This document shows, piece by piece, positions 61,732-64,000 of a stretch of 64,000 bases of DNA. The notes beneath the pieces are model-generated. The model was not told the DNA's origin and ran no database searches. It was given only the letters and a program-made list of their open reading frames with translations. The position numbers and the translations under genes are program-made. Each line of letters opens with the position of its first letter. Position 1 is the stretch's first letter. Origin of the DNA: Fimicolochytrium jonesii (lineage: Eukaryota); the NCBI RefSeq assembly GCF_025526975.1, contig NW_026515670.1:1426001-1490000 (forward strand), written 5' to 3'.

Positions 61732-62262
61732 TGTTAAGAATGGGCGGAGCCAACGGAAATAGAGGCGACTTGTGGTGCAGGTTGTTGACAGGTAATGGTA
61801 TTCAGACCGAAACAAGAACTAGAACAAGACTAGGAAGAACTGGTGTTGATCTGCTGGGGGATCAGGAAGTGGGGAGCTCAGGGGAGGCGGCTATTTATGC
61901 TTTTCTGGGAAGGCTGGGGAAGCGTGGGGAAGCAGAAGGGTACGGAATAAGAGGGAAGCCAAGAGAAGCGCCAAGGGTGGGGGAAGCATCGAAACAGAAG
62001 ACTGGGGATGGGGTGGCTACGCTGAGGCTGTGGGCGGGTACGTGGGGAAGTATGGAGAAGGGTTTGTAAGCGCCGAGTGTTGGGAAATGTGGCTACGTGC
62101 GGCTGCGTGGAAAAATGAAGGCAGTGGCAGGTGTGGGGTAGCGCGGCTGCGTGCGGCTGCGAGGTTTGGCAGATGTCAGGTTTTGACAGGGAATTGACAT
62201 TGACTGACTGTTGGGATGCTGTCATGAGGTAAGCGCATGGTATGGACGCGTCGTCCATAACA
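61732..62262 (-). repeat. 3' LTR (531 bp)
   Basis: Termini TGTTA...TAACA, directly following the polypurine tract GGCTAAAGGAGGGGGTGA (62280-62263, minus strand). Confidence 0.9.
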
Positions 62263-62274
62263 TCACCCCCTCCT

Positions 62275-64000
62275 TTAGCCACGGCGTCCGGATGTTGTTT
62301 TGATGTTGGCAGGCTTTGGTCGGGGTTTGTCGTGGTACTTTTGGTGGAACTGGGCAACAAGCTCTTGACAGCGGGCAAGGTGTTCCACTGGCTCCCATGT
62401 GTTCTCCGAGCTTGGCCAACCCTGCCACTTGATGAGGTACTGAAGGTGCGTGCGTCGAATACGGGAGTCAAGAATGTCTTCCACAATCTATTCCTCCTGT
62501 CCTTCGACTTCTTCTGGTGGGGTGGGTTCTGGCTCAGTTCGCTCCGGAATGGTGAAACGTGGTTCAAGAAGGGAGACATGGAAGACGTTGTGAATTTTGT
62601 AGGATGGGGGAAGCTTGAGGCGATATGTGATCGAGTTGATCTTCTCCGTGATTGTGAAGGGGCCAATCTTACGGTGATCAAGTTTCTGGGAAGGTCGGAG
62701 AGTCTTGAGATTCCGTTGTAAGAGCCAGACACTGTCCCCGGGTTTCATGTCTGGGCCAGGTGCCCTCTTAGCATCGGCAAAGCGCTTCATGCGTCCTTGG
62801 GCCTCCTTGAGCTCAGTGGCAAGCTGTTCATGGATTTCCTTGAGATGGTTGGCACGAGCTTCGGCTGCAGGATTAAGGGATTCGGTTGTGGTGGCGGAAG
62901 CCAGACTGAATCGAGGATGGAACCCATAGTTGGCGTAGAAGGGGGTTGTCTGGGTGGCGGAGTGGATGGTGTTATTGTAAGAGAACTCAGCAGAAGACAA
63001 GAGTTCCTTCCAGTTATCTTGTTGATAGTTGCAAAAGCAGCGAAGGTATTGCTCAAGAATCTGATTGGTCCGCTCGGTTTGTCCATCGCTCTGGGGATGG
63101 AACGCCGATGAGAGGTTGACCTTGGTTCCCAGGAGAGCGAAGAGACGTTTCCAGAAGTGGGGGTTGAACTGTGGGCCACGGTCAGATACAATATCGTTGG
63201 GGAGTCCATGGAGCCGGATGACATGGTGCCAGATCAGATCTGCAGTTGACTCAGCGGTGGCAGTTTTCCTGCACGGTACAAAGTGCGCCATCTTGGTGAA
63301 CCGGCAGATGACAACGAGCACAGAATCAACCCCATCACTGGCGGGTAGATCCGTGATGAAGTCCATGGAAATTGACCCCCAGGGGCGGTCAGGGACCTGC
63401 AGGGGTTGGAGGAGACCGTAGGGCTTGTGTCTGCTGGTCTTGGCTTGAGCACATACGTCGCAGGACCTGATGTAGGACTTGACAAAACGCCATTGGCTAG
63501 GCCACCAGTAGTTGCGTGAGATGAGCTCCAGGGTGTTTGACATGCCGTAGTGTCCTGCCAAACGCGTGTCATGCATGTCCCGGCAGATCTCAGCACGGAG
63601 CTTGTTGGTGGGGACGTAGACAAGGTTGTCGTACAGCAGAACCCCATTTTCCTCGGAGAATCGCTTTATCCGTTCTTGGTCTTCTTGAGATTGCTGGGAG
63701 CCCTAAGCTGTCGCCGGATGGTTTGCGCAAACACATCGGATGCCAGGGCAGCTTTGATTTGGTCAAGGAGCGAGGAGTCCAGTGGGGTCAGATAAGTGGC
63801 GGCCAGGCGGAGATGGTCAGGGGTGAGGATCGTGGTTTCCTGGGAGTGGAATGCTTCTTCCCCCTCCCTTAGCTCGTATTCAGAGCGACGAGAGAGGGCG
63901 TCAGCTTGGTGTTGCTGGGTACCAGGGCGGTATGTGATGACAAAGTCGAAATCAGCAAAGAAGATTGACCAGCGGGATTGGCGGCGGTTGAGGGTACGGG
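62275..64000 (-). pseudogene. Retrotransposon pol (RNase H end - integrase - chromodomain), disrupted
   Basis: The upstream frame ends at TAA (about 63666) while homology continues in another frame (FSEENGVLLY...). An in-frame TAG in GQEE*IVEDILD separates the chromodomain. Confidence 0.9.

Larger units (their letters stand above)
61732..64000 (-). mobile_element. Ty3/Gypsy chromovirus LTR retrotransposon, 3' part, degenerate
   Basis: RNase H end (LNRRQSRW...YRPG...ADALSR); integrase HHCC, SMDFI/VSDRG/QTERTN; chromodomain YLIKWQGWPSSENTWEP; polypurine tract and 3' LTR. Frameshift at about 63700 and TAG at 62488-62490. Confidence 0.96.

Noticed and set aside
62488..62490. TAG before the chromodomain as programmed read-through
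   Set aside because: The element also has a frameshift near 63700; a TGG>TAG mutation is simpler.

Overview
Gene-dense, intron-rich eukaryotic DNA, most likely from a zoosporic fungus (chytrid). That assignment is inferred from short GT-AG introns, fungal-type housekeeping genes and three flagellar genes (CFAP298, WDR34, SPAG16/PF20). About 24 protein-coding genes can be reconstructed by hand. They include BRCA2, NIP7, a Cyp40 cyclophilin, ELP6, a STE20 kinase, vigilin, HADH, DHX35, ASA1, FIS1, DDX42, a ferritin-like secreted protein and alternative oxidase. The right end holds nested mobile DNA: a spliced (4 visible introns), pseudogenised Fanzor1 RNA-guided nuclease gene with a candidate omegaRNA downstream, interrupted by a Ty3/Gypsy chromovirus. 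Other standouts are an intronless PB1-Maf(YceF-type)-RGG-UBA protein resembling a p62/NBR1 autophagy receptor with a nucleotide pyrophosphatase, a small-conserved-protein/PIG-X fusion, an alginate-lyase-fold probable pseudoenzyme, and a mini-hairpin-rich repeat shared by two unrelated introns. All assignments come from manual translation and motif recognition; no searches were run.
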